From positions 6,448-70,447 of IMG/VR virus record IMGVR_UViG_3300020557_000009: 64,000 nucleotides of DNA; one strand, 5' to 3'. Position numbers and translations under genes: made by a program. Numbering within the stretch: the first letter of the stretch is position 1; every line of letters begins with the position of its first letter. The notes beneath the pieces are model-generated. The model was given only the letters and a program-made list of their open reading frames with translations. It searched no databases and had not been told where the DNA came from. Of this stretch, positions 20,840 through 30,879 are shown one piece after another. The DNA comes from a virus. Lineage: Duplodnaviria; Caudoviricetes.

Positions 20840-23227
20840 ATGAACTCCAGCGAACTTGGCTTAGATATCAAGAAAACACTTACATCTAAAGTAAGTTTGG
20901 GTAAAGTTTCTGGTGTCGATAAAACATTACAGAAAGCCGCCAAGAATTATCTTTTATTAGGTAAAATCTCCCACAATTTAAATTTAATTAACCAAAACAT
21001 CATCAATTTGGTGAGAGCGTTTGGTATTGAAGCAAGAGAAAAAGAAGATGCTCACTTTTTAAAAGAAGATGAGAGAGCAATTAATTTTCGTGTTCGTAAA
21101 GAAAAATACATTGAATCAAAAGTAAGAAAGTCCGACCCTGATGGCGATTCATCTGGAGGTATTTTAGGTTTCTTTATTCGAAAAAGATTAAAACAAGTCT
21201 TTAAAAAACTTGCAACAAAAGTAATGTTACGGTTAAGAAAAAATGAAATTTTTAAAAAACTCGTTAAAACAATTAACAGGTTTAAAAGAGAAATTAAAAA
21301 CTTTTTTAAAAAATTAGACTTTAAAAAAATTATTGTTGAATGGTGGAGAGAAAAAGGAAAACCATTTGTCAAAGGTTTATTAAAAAAAGGATTTGAATTA
21401 CTTAAAAAGTTAGGACCACTTTTTAAACGAGCACTTCCCCGTTTAACTGCCCGTTTAGCAACAATCATGGCCAGTTCGGCCGCAACAGGACCTTTTGCTC
21501 CTATAGTTGCAATTGTTGTTACTGCGGGATTTGTTTTATATGATGGTATTATGGGAGCGATTGATGAAATTGCCGATGGAGGCAATGGGTTTGTTGGATT
21601 CTTTTCAGGTATAATTGAAGGTATTACTTTTGGTATTTTCGATAGAAAATTGATTGCCAATAAAATGTATGGCGCAGGAGGTTTCATTTCAAACTTTTTT
21701 AAAACTGTATATGAAAAAATAAAAAATGTAGTGAAGATATCTTATAACTTTATTTCCGAAAAGTTAGACAATATTATCACACCTATATTTGAAAAAAGTA
21801 AAAAAGATTTTGATATTGATGGTAAAGAAAAAGAATATGAGAAAATTGTTGAAGAGGCTTTAGAAGAAGATAGAAAACAAAAAGAAAATGCAAGAAAATC
21901 TGCTGAAAAAGAATCTGAATATATTACAGGTCTTGCAAATAGTAACCGAGAAAAATTTGAAAAAAAACGCCGTCTTGTTGATAAAATTAATACACTAGAA
22001 AAAGAAGAATATGAAGCGGAGAGAAGAATTGCTCAGGCAGAAAATAAAATGCCTCCTAAAAAACCGACTGAAATTCCTCCACCTAAACGCCAAGAAGTAA
22101 AAAGAGAAGAACCTGCACCGGCTCCAGCACCAACAAAGCCGGCTCCTGCTCCAGCACCGGCTCCAGCACCAAAACCAGAAGATAAGAAAAAAACAAAACA
22201 ACAAAAATTAAATGATGATGAAAAAGATACCTTTGAGAGAGCAAAAACTCTCGTTAAAGAATTAATTAGTCTTGGACTTACAAACAAACATGCTTTAAAA
22301 GCAATTCTTCAAACATCAGCAAAAGAATCGGGTATCAGTCCATCTGCAAAAGAAATGGGAGCAGGAAGTTATATAAAACAAGTAAAAGATAAGTCTAGGA
22401 CTTATGAATACGGCACAAAAAAGAATTTAACTGGTCCAGAAAGAGTCAGAGAAGTTTTTCCACAACTTAAAACTATGGATGGTGGAAAATATATGGATGA
22501 TGACGAACTTTTAAAAATTTTCTATGATAACGAAAAATTTTATGATATAGCATACGGTCTTTATTCTCCAAGAGGCTTTAAAATGGGTAATACGGAACCA
22601 GGAGATGGATACAAATACCGTGGGCGTGGTTACATACAAATAACATTTAAAAACACTTATAAAATGGTTGGAAATTTAATTAACCAACCTCTTGAAAGTA
22701 ATCCAGACTTGATATCATCAAATCCAAAAATTGCGGCCGAAGCCGCTTTAATGTATCTTGCAAGTTCCATTGGCGGAAAAAAAGTAAAATTGGGTATTGA
22801 AAGAATGAATAAATTTGAAAGTGATGAAGAAGCTTTAAAATTTATCATTTTAAATGTGGCCAGAGGTGGTGCAGGTCTCAATGCAAGTCATTCTTATTTT
22901 AAAGATGAAAACTATGCAGAACAAATTAAACATGCAAAAGAAAAAGGAACCAAATATGCTGAAGCCGCAGTAGCTTCTATTGGTACTGGTGGTCCCGATA
23001 CCTCCACACTTTCTAATGCATTTACTGTTGTTGAACCTGCAACTGGTAAAAAAATAATTTATGATTCAAAAGAAATGTTTTTGGGTCATCGTCAACAAAA
23101 GAAACCTGTTGAATATGATGTTGTAAACATTAAACATACCGATAATACAAAGTTGGCGAAAAATCTTCCTAAAAAAGATGTTGAAAAAGTTGATAATGCT
23201 TCAATCCTGTTGAGTAGAGTTGTGTAA
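20840..23227 (+). CDS. Tape-measure-like protein 2 with GH19 lysozyme/chitinase-like domain
   Basis: PAPAPAP linker, then GNTEPGDGYKYRGRGYIQIT...NPDLI. Confidence 0.7.
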   Translation: MNSSELGLDIKKTLTSKVSLGKVSGVDKTLQKAAKNYLLLGKISHNLNLINQNIINLVRAFGIEAREKEDAHFLKEDERAINFRVRKEKYIESKVRKSDPDGDSSGGILGFFIRKRLKQVFKKLATKVMLRLRKNEIFKKLVKTINRFKREIKNFFKKLDFKKIIVEWWREKGKPFVKGLLKKGFELLKKLGPLFKRALPRLTARLATIMASSAATGPFAPIVAIVVTAGFVLYDGIMGAIDEIADGGNGFVGFFSGIIEGITFGIFDRKLIANKMYGAGGFISNFFKTVYEKIKNVVKISYNFISEKLDNIITPIFEKSKKDFDIDGKEKEYEKIVEEALEEDRKQKENARKSAEKESEYITGLANSNREKFEKKRRLVDKINTLEKEEYEAERRIAQAENKMPPKKPTEIPPPKRQEVKREEPAPAPAPTKPAPAPAPAPAPKPEDKKKTKQQKLNDDEKDTFERAKTLVKELISLGLTNKHALKAILQTSAKESGISPSAKEMGAGSYIKQVKDKSRTYEYGTKKNLTGPERVREVFPQLKTMDGGKYMDDDELLKIFYDNEKFYDIAYGLYSPRGFKMGNTEPGDGYKYRGRGYIQITFKNTYKMVGNLINQPLESNPDLISSNPKIAAEAALMYLASSIGGKKVKLGIERMNKFESDEEALKFIILNVARGGAGLNASHSYFKDENYAEQIKHAKEKGTKYAEAAVASIGTGGPDTSTLSNAFTVVEPATGKKIIYDSKEMFLGHRQQKKPVEYDVVNIKHTDNTKLAKNLPKKDVEKVDNASILLSRVV

Positions 23228-25231
23228 ATGGATAATAAAAAATTCAACGAACTTTTAGATTCCAATCAAATTGGTTTAATCTTGTCAAATGGTGGGAAAG
23301 ATTTAACGAAGGAACAATTAAAAAGGGTCAAAGAAAAAGCCAATGAAGAAGCGGCTGATTTGTTGTTGTCAAAACAAATGAAAGCTGCAACTCAACCTGG
23401 TTATTCTGATTTTGTTTTAACACCATTCAGAGAAAAAATTATTCAGGAATTGGTAAAACAATCAGCTACACCTCAAACTAAGCAATCGACAACAATCAAA
23501 TCTCCAGAAGAAAAGAAAAATTCAGAAGAAGAAAAACCAAAAGCCGAACAAGAGAAAACAAAATTAGACTTTACGGCATCTTTAAAAGTGTTTGCTAAGA
23601 TGGGTCTTTCTTTTAAAACCATTGCACAAGAATTTAAAAAGATTAATAAAGGTTTCACACAGTTAGTTAAATTAGAGGGCGGCCGACCGGCGGAAGGTGG
23701 TATTTTAGGTAAAGAAATTTCTGATGCTAGGTCGAATCAACAATTATTTGTTAGACTTCCTAAAAAATCAGAAAAAACAACAGATGAATCTGAAGGTAGA
23801 TTCTCTTTTTCTAAAATTATTAATTTATTGGTAAGCGGTTTAATGGTTGCAATTGGCAGTATGGTTATTGCCGTTTCTGATATTGGAACTTTTATTTCAA
23901 ATACTTTTGATGGAGTAAAAACTGGTGCGATAAAATTTAAAGATTTTGTTGTAAATTTTGATTGGTATGAATGGTTCAGAACAGGCTCTATTGATTTTCT
24001 TAATGCAGTTTCTTTTGGTTTGATTAACAAAGAAGAAGCATCAGTAATTTTTAACACCTTAGAAGATGCAACAATAAAAACTATTGATGGTATAGGTAGA
24101 TTTTTATCTTTGGCCAAAAACACTTTGGTTACCGAAGCAGAATCTTTAAAATATTGGCTTGCATTAGATGTTTTTGGTATTGATGTAAATGAAGTTCGAA
24201 CAAGAGGTAAAAAAGAAGAACGAGATGCCTATGTTAAACAATTGCAAGATGATGGCACTAAACTTGATGGTGAAATTTCTGAATTAAATGTGAAAAAAGA
24301 GGCATTGGTAAAAAGAAGAAGTATTTGGAAAGAAAAAATAGAGAAATTAAATTGGAAAGAAAAGGATTTGGATGAAGAAGTTTATGATCCAATAACCGGT
24401 GTTTTAATTTCAGGAAGACAAAAAGAAATTAAAAAACAAGAAGAAAAAGTATCTAAACTTCCACCACCAATAGTTCCTCCTGCGCCGCCTGCACCAGCGC
24501 CTACTCCTTCACCAACACCTGCACCTCAACCTCCAAAAAAGACTCCTGTGCAAGAACCTAAAAAAGAAAAGGAAAAAACTTCTGGTGATGAAAATGTAAC
24601 ATATCCAACTACTAAAGGCCAGGCGGTAGTAACATCAAAATATGGAATGAGACAATTTAAAAATAAAGATGGAACTTTAGCGCCACCTCAATTTCACTAT
24701 GGAGTTGATTATGCGGGAATTCCTCGTGGATCACCCATTCAAATTTTAACTTATGCAAAAGTAACTAATGCAGGTATGGTGAATGGTTATGGTAATATGA
24801 TTACCTTGGCAATAAACAATGAGTTCCTTCGTTTTGGTCATTTGGATGAAATCAATGTTAAAAAGGGTCAAGAACTTGACCCCGGAACAATAATTGGTCT
24901 CATGGGTAATACAGGACAGAGTAAAGGTCCACATTTACATTTTGAACATCGAAATAAAGATAACTATAACCAACATAAAGAAAGCACATGGGATCCTTTA
25001 AAAACCGCAGCACCAACACTTATTGCAATGGGTGATAAGCCGGTGAGAATGATTGCGGACCAATATTATGGAAATTTTTTAAGTGACAAAGATTTACAAA
25101 CTGGAGAAGTTTTAGGATTAACTAAAGAATCTTCCAAATTAGCTATGTTACAGAGACAACAAGGTAAAGTTGGAAATCCTTCTGTTGTGAATATAGAAAG
25201 AACAAATAATCTAAGCGTTAACGCCAGTTAA
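23228..25231 (+). CDS. Tape-measure-like protein 3 with M23 peptidase domain
   Basis: HYGVDY (HxxxD), GYGN, GHL, GNTGQSKGPHLHFE (HxH) after Pro-rich linker. Confidence 0.8.
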   Translation: MDNKKFNELLDSNQIGLILSNGGKDLTKEQLKRVKEKANEEAADLLLSKQMKAATQPGYSDFVLTPFREKIIQELVKQSATPQTKQSTTIKSPEEKKNSEEEKPKAEQEKTKLDFTASLKVFAKMGLSFKTIAQEFKKINKGFTQLVKLEGGRPAEGGILGKEISDARSNQQLFVRLPKKSEKTTDESEGRFSFSKIINLLVSGLMVAIGSMVIAVSDIGTFISNTFDGVKTGAIKFKDFVVNFDWYEWFRTGSIDFLNAVSFGLINKEEASVIFNTLEDATIKTIDGIGRFLSLAKNTLVTEAESLKYWLALDVFGIDVNEVRTRGKKEERDAYVKQLQDDGTKLDGEISELNVKKEALVKRRSIWKEKIEKLNWKEKDLDEEVYDPITGVLISGRQKEIKKQEEKVSKLPPPIVPPAPPAPAPTPSPTPAPQPPKKTPVQEPKKEKEKTSGDENVTYPTTKGQAVVTSKYGMRQFKNKDGTLAPPQFHYGVDYAGIPRGSPIQILTYAKVTNAGMVNGYGNMITLAINNEFLRFGHLDEINVKKGQELDPGTIIGLMGNTGQSKGPHLHFEHRNKDNYNQHKESTWDPLKTAAPTLIAMGDKPVRMIADQYYGNFLSDKDLQTGEVLGLTKESSKLAMLQRQQGKVGNPSVVNIERTNNLSVNAS

Positions 25232-25232
25232 A

Positions 25233-25253
25233 AACCCGGCGCAAGGCCGGGTT
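25233..25253. terminator. Intrinsic terminator between convergent genes
   Basis: AACCCGGC-5 nt-GCCGGGTT stem; T-run follows on minus strand. Confidence 0.7.
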
Positions 25254-25273
25254 GGAAGAAAGAGATTAATTAC

Positions 25274-26167
25274 TTAATCTTGTTCTGCAAGAGATTTGAA
25301 ATAGTCCAAATCTTCATCATCACCAATCGATTTATCAATCATGGACACATCTTCATCTTTAATTGAAGAAACAACTGAATCAACTGCTTTGGTCTTTGTT
25401 GCAGAGGCAGTACCATCAAAACCAAGAACTTTGTCGAGGCGTGATTTCAACTGTTCATAAGGTTTAAATTGTTTCTTTTCAGCAAACTCTTTAATACCAT
25501 GTTCTGATTTCCAAAGTGCTTCAAGTTTTTCATCATTACCATCAAAAAGTGCAGATACTTCCGCAAACTCTGATTTATCATAATTACGATAACCTTCAAC
25601 ATTACGAATCTTCAACTTGAAGTTGGCACCTTCCCACATATCAAATGGGTTGACTGCTTTCTCATCTTCAAAATCTGGATTCATTGCTTCAGTAATCTTA
25701 TCAAAGATTTTCTTACCAAATTTGAAAAGACGGACTTGTCCTTCATTTTCTTTATTGGCAGGGTCAGAAACTACCAAGATGTTCGCAATATAAGATAGTT
25801 TTCGTTTTTGTTTACGAGCAATATCTTTATTTGCTTCAATGCCAGAATTCCATAATGTATTGTTGTGTTCACAAACTGGACATTTCTCATTAATAGTTGT
25901 CAAACAATTATCAATGAACCAACCGCCAGGACCTTGAAATCCATGAGAGAACACACGAACCCAAGGTAGAGCATCATCACCATCAGCGGCAGGTGCGGGT
26001 AGAAAACGAATAACAGCCATGCCGTTACCTGCTTTATCTACTTCAGGTTGCCAGAATCGGGTATCTTCTTTGGATCCGCTTTCAGCGGTTTGGGTTGTGG
26101 CTTCAATAGCCTTTGTGAGTTTAGCGAAGTCATTGCGACCACGCTTTAAATTTGCAAAACTACTCAT
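25274..26167 (-). CDS. gp32: ssDNA-binding protein gp32
   Basis: DTRFWQP.VDKAGNG.AVIRFLP, HGFQGPGGW.I.NC.TT, CPVCE, GKKIFDK, GANFKLK, NYDKSEF, acidic tail. Confidence 0.95.
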   Translation of the reverse strand: MSSFANLKRGRNDFAKLTKAIEATTQTAESGSKEDTRFWQPEVDKAGNGMAVIRFLPAPAADGDDALPWVRVFSHGFQGPGGWFIDNCLTTINEKCPVCEHNNTLWNSGIEANKDIARKQKRKLSYIANILVVSDPANKENEGQVRLFKFGKKIFDKITEAMNPDFEDEKAVNPFDMWEGANFKLKIRNVEGYRNYDKSEFAEVSALFDGNDEKLEALWKSEHGIKEFAEKKQFKPYEQLKSRLDKVLGFDGTASATKTKAVDSVVSSIKDEDVSMIDKSIGDDEDLDYFKSLAEQD

Positions 26168-26250
26168 TGTATTTCCTTTCGTATAAACGGAGTATTAACG
26201 GTATATAAACGACTTATTCACATAAACATAATGTATCTTATATTTAGTGT

Positions 26251-26742
26251 TCATGCAAGCAGGGTTTTTATTTTTTCAATAGTATCGCCCAAATCTTTGT
26301 GATGTATGCCGATACCGCCTGCTTTATTAAATGCTTGAATAACATCTAAGGTATCATCAACTAAAACAATGCCAGGTCCTGCATAATCTCTCTTATGTTT
26401 ACGACCAGGCACAACATTCGGTTTAAATGCAATACCATTTTTCTTTAACCAAGCAATCTTCTGCTCTTTCACCTCATTGTGATATTTTTCACCACCAGAT
26501 GAAGTCAGAATTTCTACTTCAATCCCTTTCTTGGCAAGTTCTTTTGCAAACTTGACCATTTCTTGGCCACCTGGCCACCAAGGAAGAGATTCGAATCCTT
26601 TTTTCTCTAAAATGAAATTAGGCCATTCTTCTGTCCATAACTTTTTTTCTCGGTTCTTTAAGGTGTCAGGTCCATAATGACCAGAAAATGCACCCTCAAA
26701 ATCAGAGAGAACGCCATCCATATCAAGGTATAATTTTTTCAT
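26251..26742 (-). CDS. HAD-family 5'(3')-deoxyribonucleotidase-like
   Basis: LYLDMDGVL motif I, ILTS, LVDD. Confidence 0.8.
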   Translation of the reverse strand: MKKLYLDMDGVLSDFEGAFSGHYGPDTLKNREKKLWTEEWPNFILEKKGFESLPWWPGGQEMVKFAKELAKKGIEVEILTSSGGEKYHNEVKEQKIAWLKKNGIAFKPNVVPGRKHKRDYAGPGIVLVDDTLDVIQAFNKAGGIGIHHKDLGDTIEKIKTLLA

Positions 26743-27329
26743 TCCAAAACCTTTTTCAATATCAACTTGAATTTTACAACATCTTGTGGTAAAAATGAGG
26801 CATACTTTTCACATTTACGCCTAAAATCAGGCCAACGAATTGTATCGGTGATTTTTTTATCCCACATCGGAAAGAAATTTAGAATTTTATTCAGTATCAC
26901 CAAAGTTTCAATTGTAATCTCTTTGCGTAATGCCTTTGTCAATAATACCGGGTAATCGCCATCTGTTTTGATAACCTCATTTGGGTCACTTAGATTCTCA
27001 AAGACTGTTCTACAATCATTCTCAAACGCATAGGAAAGACTTTGGACGACTTTTTGACGATTACGATATCTTATATCAGCATCTTCTTCTAAAAGTTTAC
27101 CAACCCATGTTTTATCGTCTTCCAGAAAGTTGGCAACCAAGAAATCTATTAAGGCATCCTTGTTGGTATACTTTCGGGAAAGTTTATAGAAATGATACTT
27201 GTCTTTACGATTTTCAAAGGACTGAACCGAATGGTTTGTTTTACCATTGTATTTGAAAAAATCGTATGTGTCCTTTGAGAAATGTAGTTTTAAAGATTCG
27301 TATATTCCAAATGTTTCATAACCAGTCAT
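26739..27329 (-). CDS. gp59: Helicase loader gp59
   Basis: Y..LKLHF....YDFFKYNGK, F..RKDKYHF.KLS, I..ETL.IL. Confidence 0.85.
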   Translation of the reverse strand: MTGYETFGIYESLKLHFSKDTYDFFKYNGKTNHSVQSFENRKDKYHFYKLSRKYTNKDALIDFLVANFLEDDKTWVGKLLEEDADIRYRNRQKVVQSLSYAFENDCRTVFENLSDPNEVIKTDGDYPVLLTKALRKEITIETLVILNKILNFFPMWDKKITDTIRWPDFRRKCEKYASFLPQDVVKFKLILKKVLE

Positions 27330-27550
27330 AAAGGTAAACGAGAACTTTTCTCTTTCAACATGTTATTATCCATAGCATCACCTTCCAACTTAGATTTTAA
27401 ATTGGCGTTTACTAATGTTGCCGCCACTTCTATTTCAAGTCCAGTTTGTTTACAGTATTCTACAATCGCTTCTATGTGATTGTAATCAGTTTTGGAAACA
27501 AGAGCGTCAATGGCTTTGGCAAACTTCGCCATTTCATCTTTTGTTGGCAT
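27326..27550 (-). CDS. gp33: Late transcription coactivator gp33
   Basis: IEAIVEYC....LEIE....L....LK.KL..DA...N.L; position between dsbA and gp59 as in T4. Confidence 0.75.
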   Translation of the reverse strand: MPTKDEMAKFAKAIDALVSKTDYNHIEAIVEYCKQTGLEIEVAATLVNANLKSKLEGDAMDNNMLKEKSSRLPL

Positions 27551-27948
27551 TATTCTTCACTTTTACATACTGATTGTGGTGCGTGAACAGGACAATTATC
27601 GTCATAACAATGATGTGTTGCCATCATTTCTTTGTTCAATCCGCACACTTCGCAAGTGGTTGCATTGGCACGAAATTTAGGAGGATTCATCAATGAATGA
27701 ACTGTGGCATTCCATCTTTGTTTTGATTCTTCGAGGTCATCTTCTTCATTTTCAAATTGAATAAAATCATCTTCATTTACGAAATCCAAATGACCCTCAA
27801 AATGAAATCCTGCACCACGCAAGAACATTTCAAACTCATTCAAAATATCATCCAATGTTTCTGCATTGAACTCAACGGTTCTTTTAGATTGAATGCTATG
27901 CACAAAAGGCATAGATTCTTCCTGACAAACAAAAGTAAATTTAGACAT
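27550..27948 (-). CDS. Hypothetical protein
   Basis: 132 aa, coupled to neighbours; FEMFLRGAGF, C-terminal CxxC. Confidence 0.6.
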   Translation of the reverse strand: MSKFTFVCQEESMPFVHSIQSKRTVEFNAETLDDILNEFEMFLRGAGFHFEGHLDFVNEDDFIQFENEEDDLEESKQRWNATVHSLMNPPKFRANATTCEVCGLNKEMMATHHCYDDNCPVHAPQSVCKSEE

Positions 27949-28217
27949 TATTTCACCACACTTTCATATAGATTTTCAAATTGTTCATTCACAGCAACTT
28001 CTTCATCAAAGTTTTGCTTGTGATAAACTCTCACCAACTTCGCAACCAGTTTTTTAGGTAATTGCATTTGTTTTGCGGTCTCTGCAATACTCTCCCGAAT
28101 AAAATCGTTTTCACCTTCGATTCGTGTCATTGAATCGGAACATTCTTTTACGATTTTAAACAACTTTTCACGGTCTGGTTGCGATAGTTGATTAATGCTC
28201 AACTGTTGAACTGCCAT
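27948..28217 (-). CDS. dsbA: dsDNA-binding protein DsbA-like
   Basis: KLVAKLVRVYHKQNF.EE....E.FE.LYE; T4-like synteny with gp33 and gp59. Confidence 0.75.
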   Translation of the reverse strand: MAVQQLSINQLSQPDREKLFKIVKECSDSMTRIEGENDFIRESIAETAKQMQLPKKLVAKLVRVYHKQNFDEEVAVNEQFENLYESVVK

Positions 28218-28233
28218 AACAAAAACTCCTTTT

Positions 28234-28500
28234 TTATTTTTTAGCGGACGATGCTACATTATGAGATTGTGCTGAAGCCGCAAATGCAACACAAATTAAA
28301 TCATCACTCTTGGCATACGAACAACGGACAGATAGTGGGTCAATTCCCTTTGCTATCGCACCATCAATATTTCCTGCCATCAATGTTCTATCTTTAATGA
28401 AATAATACGACATACTTCCAACTGTGGTTAAAAGAATTAATGTCAAACAAATAACAAATGTCGAATCTAACTTAATTAAATCTGATACCTTTGCGTTCAT
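28234..28500 (-). CDS. Membrane-anchored hypothetical protein
   Basis: Start likely MNAKV at 28500; one TM; GIDPLSVRCSY. Confidence 0.55.
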   Translation of the reverse strand: MNAKVSDLIKLDSTFVICLTLILLTTVGSMSYYFIKDRTLMAGNIDGAIAKGIDPLSVRCSYAKSDDLICVAFAASAQSHNVASSAKK

Positions 28501-29051
28501 AGTTGTTTTAAGTCCTTTCTGTTGTAAAAAATGTGTCTGCCTATTACTGCTGTTTTTTCCATGTTTTTCCATTTTGGACTCACATAATCTGCATGATAGA
28601 ATAGAGCGCCGTGTGTTGGGTCCTCAATTCTTTCATAGTTAGCATAAACATATATCGCCAAATTTCTAATGTCATTATACAATGAATTGTTACTATTTGT
28701 CAAGACCTTACCTTGCGACATTGCCTTAGGTCTTTCTTCGCAGTACCATGAAAATTGGCAAACACCTGCCATTTTTTGTTTTACGACACTACAAATATCG
28801 GATTCAAAGCGACTACTTTTTACACGATTGATGGTGACAAATGCTACGGCAACTTTACCTATATCAGGCTCGTGACCTGCTTCAAAGTAAATATTTTCCG
28901 CTAAACATTCAATTTCTTTTTTTGTATCTTCTGTTAAGTTGTTGTAATATGCTTTGTATGGCATGTTTGGTCTTTCAAAATTTGACATGGCAATACCAAA
29001 AGTCAAAATCATAAATGCAACAACAGAGGTAATTAATATGCGAACCTGCAT
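28497..29051 (-). CDS. SleB/Hydrolase_2 cell wall hydrolase
   Basis: Signal/TM; CLAENIYFEAG.E, AVA.V.INRV, CQFSW, DPT.GALFYHA.YV. Confidence 0.85.
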   Translation of the reverse strand: MQVRILITSVVAFMILTFGIAMSNFERPNMPYKAYYNNLTEDTKKEIECLAENIYFEAGHEPDIGKVAVAFVTINRVKSSRFESDICSVVKQKMAGVCQFSWYCEERPKAMSQGKVLTNSNNSLYNDIRNLAIYVYANYERIEDPTHGALFYHADYVSPKWKNMEKTAVIGRHIFYNRKDLKQL

Positions 29052-29108
29052 AATTCTCCTTAATTAGTTAAGGACCGCAGATGCTAAAATCCGCGGTCCA
29101 ATCCCGTA

Positions 29109-29387
29109 TCAGGTGGACTTTTTGCTAGTCTTTTCTTGTGTAGTATTGGGGATTTGTGAAACGAAGCCGTTTAGAATTTGCGCTTTGGCAATAATATCAG
29201 CTTCACTAGGATATGGAGGGAATCCTGGATGGGCCAGTATTTCACTTCCATGTATTTTCGCAACCTCACACTTTGTAGCGTATTCGTTTGCGATTTGCTC
29301 ACGCTTGCCGTAATAATCGGTTTCAAGCATACTCTGAGCCATTTTCAATAAATCCAGACGGATTTCAAAAGGTGTCATGTTTGACAT
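29109..29387 (-). CDS. Hypothetical protein
   Basis: MTPFEIRLDLLKMA; AGGAG SD. Confidence 0.65.
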   Translation of the reverse strand: MSNMTPFEIRLDLLKMAQSMLETDYYGKREQIANEYATKCEVAKIHGSEILAHPGFPPYPSEADIIAKAQILNGFVSQIPNTTQEKTSKKST

Positions 29388-29446
29388 AGTTTTCTCCTGT
29401 GTGTGTTATACTGGCGAGTGTGTGGTGCCAGTATTATATTTAGTAA

Positions 29447-30016
29447 TTACCAAGCCCAAGAAACACAAGAATATCTTATTCCTGTCGTCACTGGTTCAAC
29501 TCTATGTGGATATAAAAAACAAGACGGAAATATAACTGCGGTTCCTTCTCCCATTGGAATTACTTCATCACCCCACATTACAAGTTCGCCACCGGTGTAT
29601 TCATCATTTAGTCCCGCTAAAAAAGTCATTGTTGGAATGCCTTTTCTTTCACCATCAAACATGGAATGAATATGGTCACAATGTTCGGCCATAACTCTAG
29701 TTTCTTTATACATGTTAAATCGAACTTCTGAGTATCCTTTCCAACTATCAAACCAAGGAAAATTTAAATGTGTCAAATATTCTTTATATGCTTCCCATAT
29801 TCTCTGCATGATATAAGGTTGTGTTGACAAATTTTTCCCCCAAGCAACATCCAACTCTTTACTTCCGCTTCTTGTATTATTTGTTCCGGTATGCACATCA
29901 TAAAACACATGCTGTTGCCAATTGGCATTTTCCATTTCACGAATAGTTTGTTTACAATTTTCTTTGTCCAACCAATTCTCTAAAACTAAAACATACGAAC
30001 TTAAATCTCTATCCAT
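29447..30016 (-). CDS. 2OG-Fe(II) oxygenase (prolyl-4-hydroxylase-like)
   Basis: Start reassigned to MDRDL at 30016; HCD, LNDEYTGGEL, IFPS.FLYPH.V.PV..G.RYS.VSW. Confidence 0.85.
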   Translation of the reverse strand: MDRDLSSYVLVLENWLDKENCKQTIREMENANWQQHVFYDVHTGTNNTRSGSKELDVAWGKNLSTQPYIMQRIWEAYKEYLTHLNFPWFDSWKGYSEVRFNMYKETRVMAEHCDHIHSMFDGERKGIPTMTFLAGLNDEYTGGELVMWGDEVIPMGEGTAVIFPSCFLYPHRVEPVTTGIRYSCVSWAW

Positions 30017-30017
30017 T

Positions 30018-30743
30018 TTAATCCCACAATCCTTGATAATATTTGCCAAACAAACGGAAACCATTTTGCATACGGTCATGGACCTTTTGCATACCATCAT
30101 AATCACATTTGAATGTGTTCTTTGGTCCATCGGCCATCTGGTAAAACTTGTGTTCACCCTTTGGTACTTCGTTGCCATCTTTGTCAACAGGCACCCATTT
30201 AATATCAATATCACCTTCTCGGTAAGCTTCTTCCCAAGAATCATCGACCTTGTGTTCAAATGCAAAAATCATTTCATCGAGGACATAATCCCATCTTTTG
30301 AAATGATTGTCATCCGTATCATATTCGTTTTCTTTTGGTGGTGCGGATGTAGATTTTAATTCATCTGGTACATCTTTATCGTCAACATGAGGTGCACCAT
30401 GTTTGGTGTCTCGCAATTGTTTCAACATCGGAAGAATGATGTATGAAAGGGTGTGGTCCATTGACCAAGTATCCCACTTATCAATCTTCACATAATTAAT
30501 TTTGCGGTCAATTTTATCCCAGACCCATTGAATTGCTTTACTGATAGGTGTTAAACGGTCGGACCATTTTTCAACCCATTCAGGATGCTCAATGTATTTG
30601 TATTTACCATCCAATTCATCCAATGCAGATTGAATGTTACTATTGCGGCTGCATTTTGACCAGTCTGTCCAAAAGAACATGTAGTCTAAAATTGTATATG
30701 GACTAATCCAATGGTCTTTATACTTATTGATGTAAATCTTCAT
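30018..30743 (-). CDS. Hypothetical protein
   Basis: 241 aa; KIDKWDTWSMDHTL..II.P.L, LFGKYY..LWD. Confidence 0.65.
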   Translation of the reverse strand: MKIYINKYKDHWISPYTILDYMFFWTDWSKCSRNSNIQSALDELDGKYKYIEHPEWVEKWSDRLTPISKAIQWVWDKIDRKINYVKIDKWDTWSMDHTLSYIILPMLKQLRDTKHGAPHVDDKDVPDELKSTSAPPKENEYDTDDNHFKRWDYVLDEMIFAFEHKVDDSWEEAYREGDIDIKWVPVDKDGNEVPKGEHKFYQMADGPKNTFKCDYDGMQKVHDRMQNGFRLFGKYYQGLWD

Positions 30744-30876
30744 AACTTTTCACTTTATCAATATTACGAATATCAGAGATTCTTTTTCTTTGTAACGAAT
30801 TACCTAACCAACGAAATTTGGTACACAAGGTACACTTACAAACTCGTTTTGATTTTTTTCTTTTGTAATTTGCCAT
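30724..30876 (-). CDS. Small basic Cys-containing protein
   Basis: MANYKRKKSKRVCKCTLC, 50 aa, overlaps next gene start. Confidence 0.5.
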   Translation of the reverse strand: MANYKRKKSKRVCKCTLCTKFRWLGNSLQRKRISDIRNIDKVKSYEDLHQ

Positions 30877-30879
30877 AGA

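Noticed and set aside
612-24934. Many antisense or alternate-frame ORFs in the track (e.g. 4971-5225, 5736-6086, 19384-20097, 21052-21687)
   Set aside because: They shadow well-supported genes on the other strand and reflect codon bias or repeats
29447-30265. 272-aa version of the 2OG-Fe(II) oxygenase
   Set aside because: First 83 codons overlap the upstream gene; MDRDL at 30016 fits operon spacing
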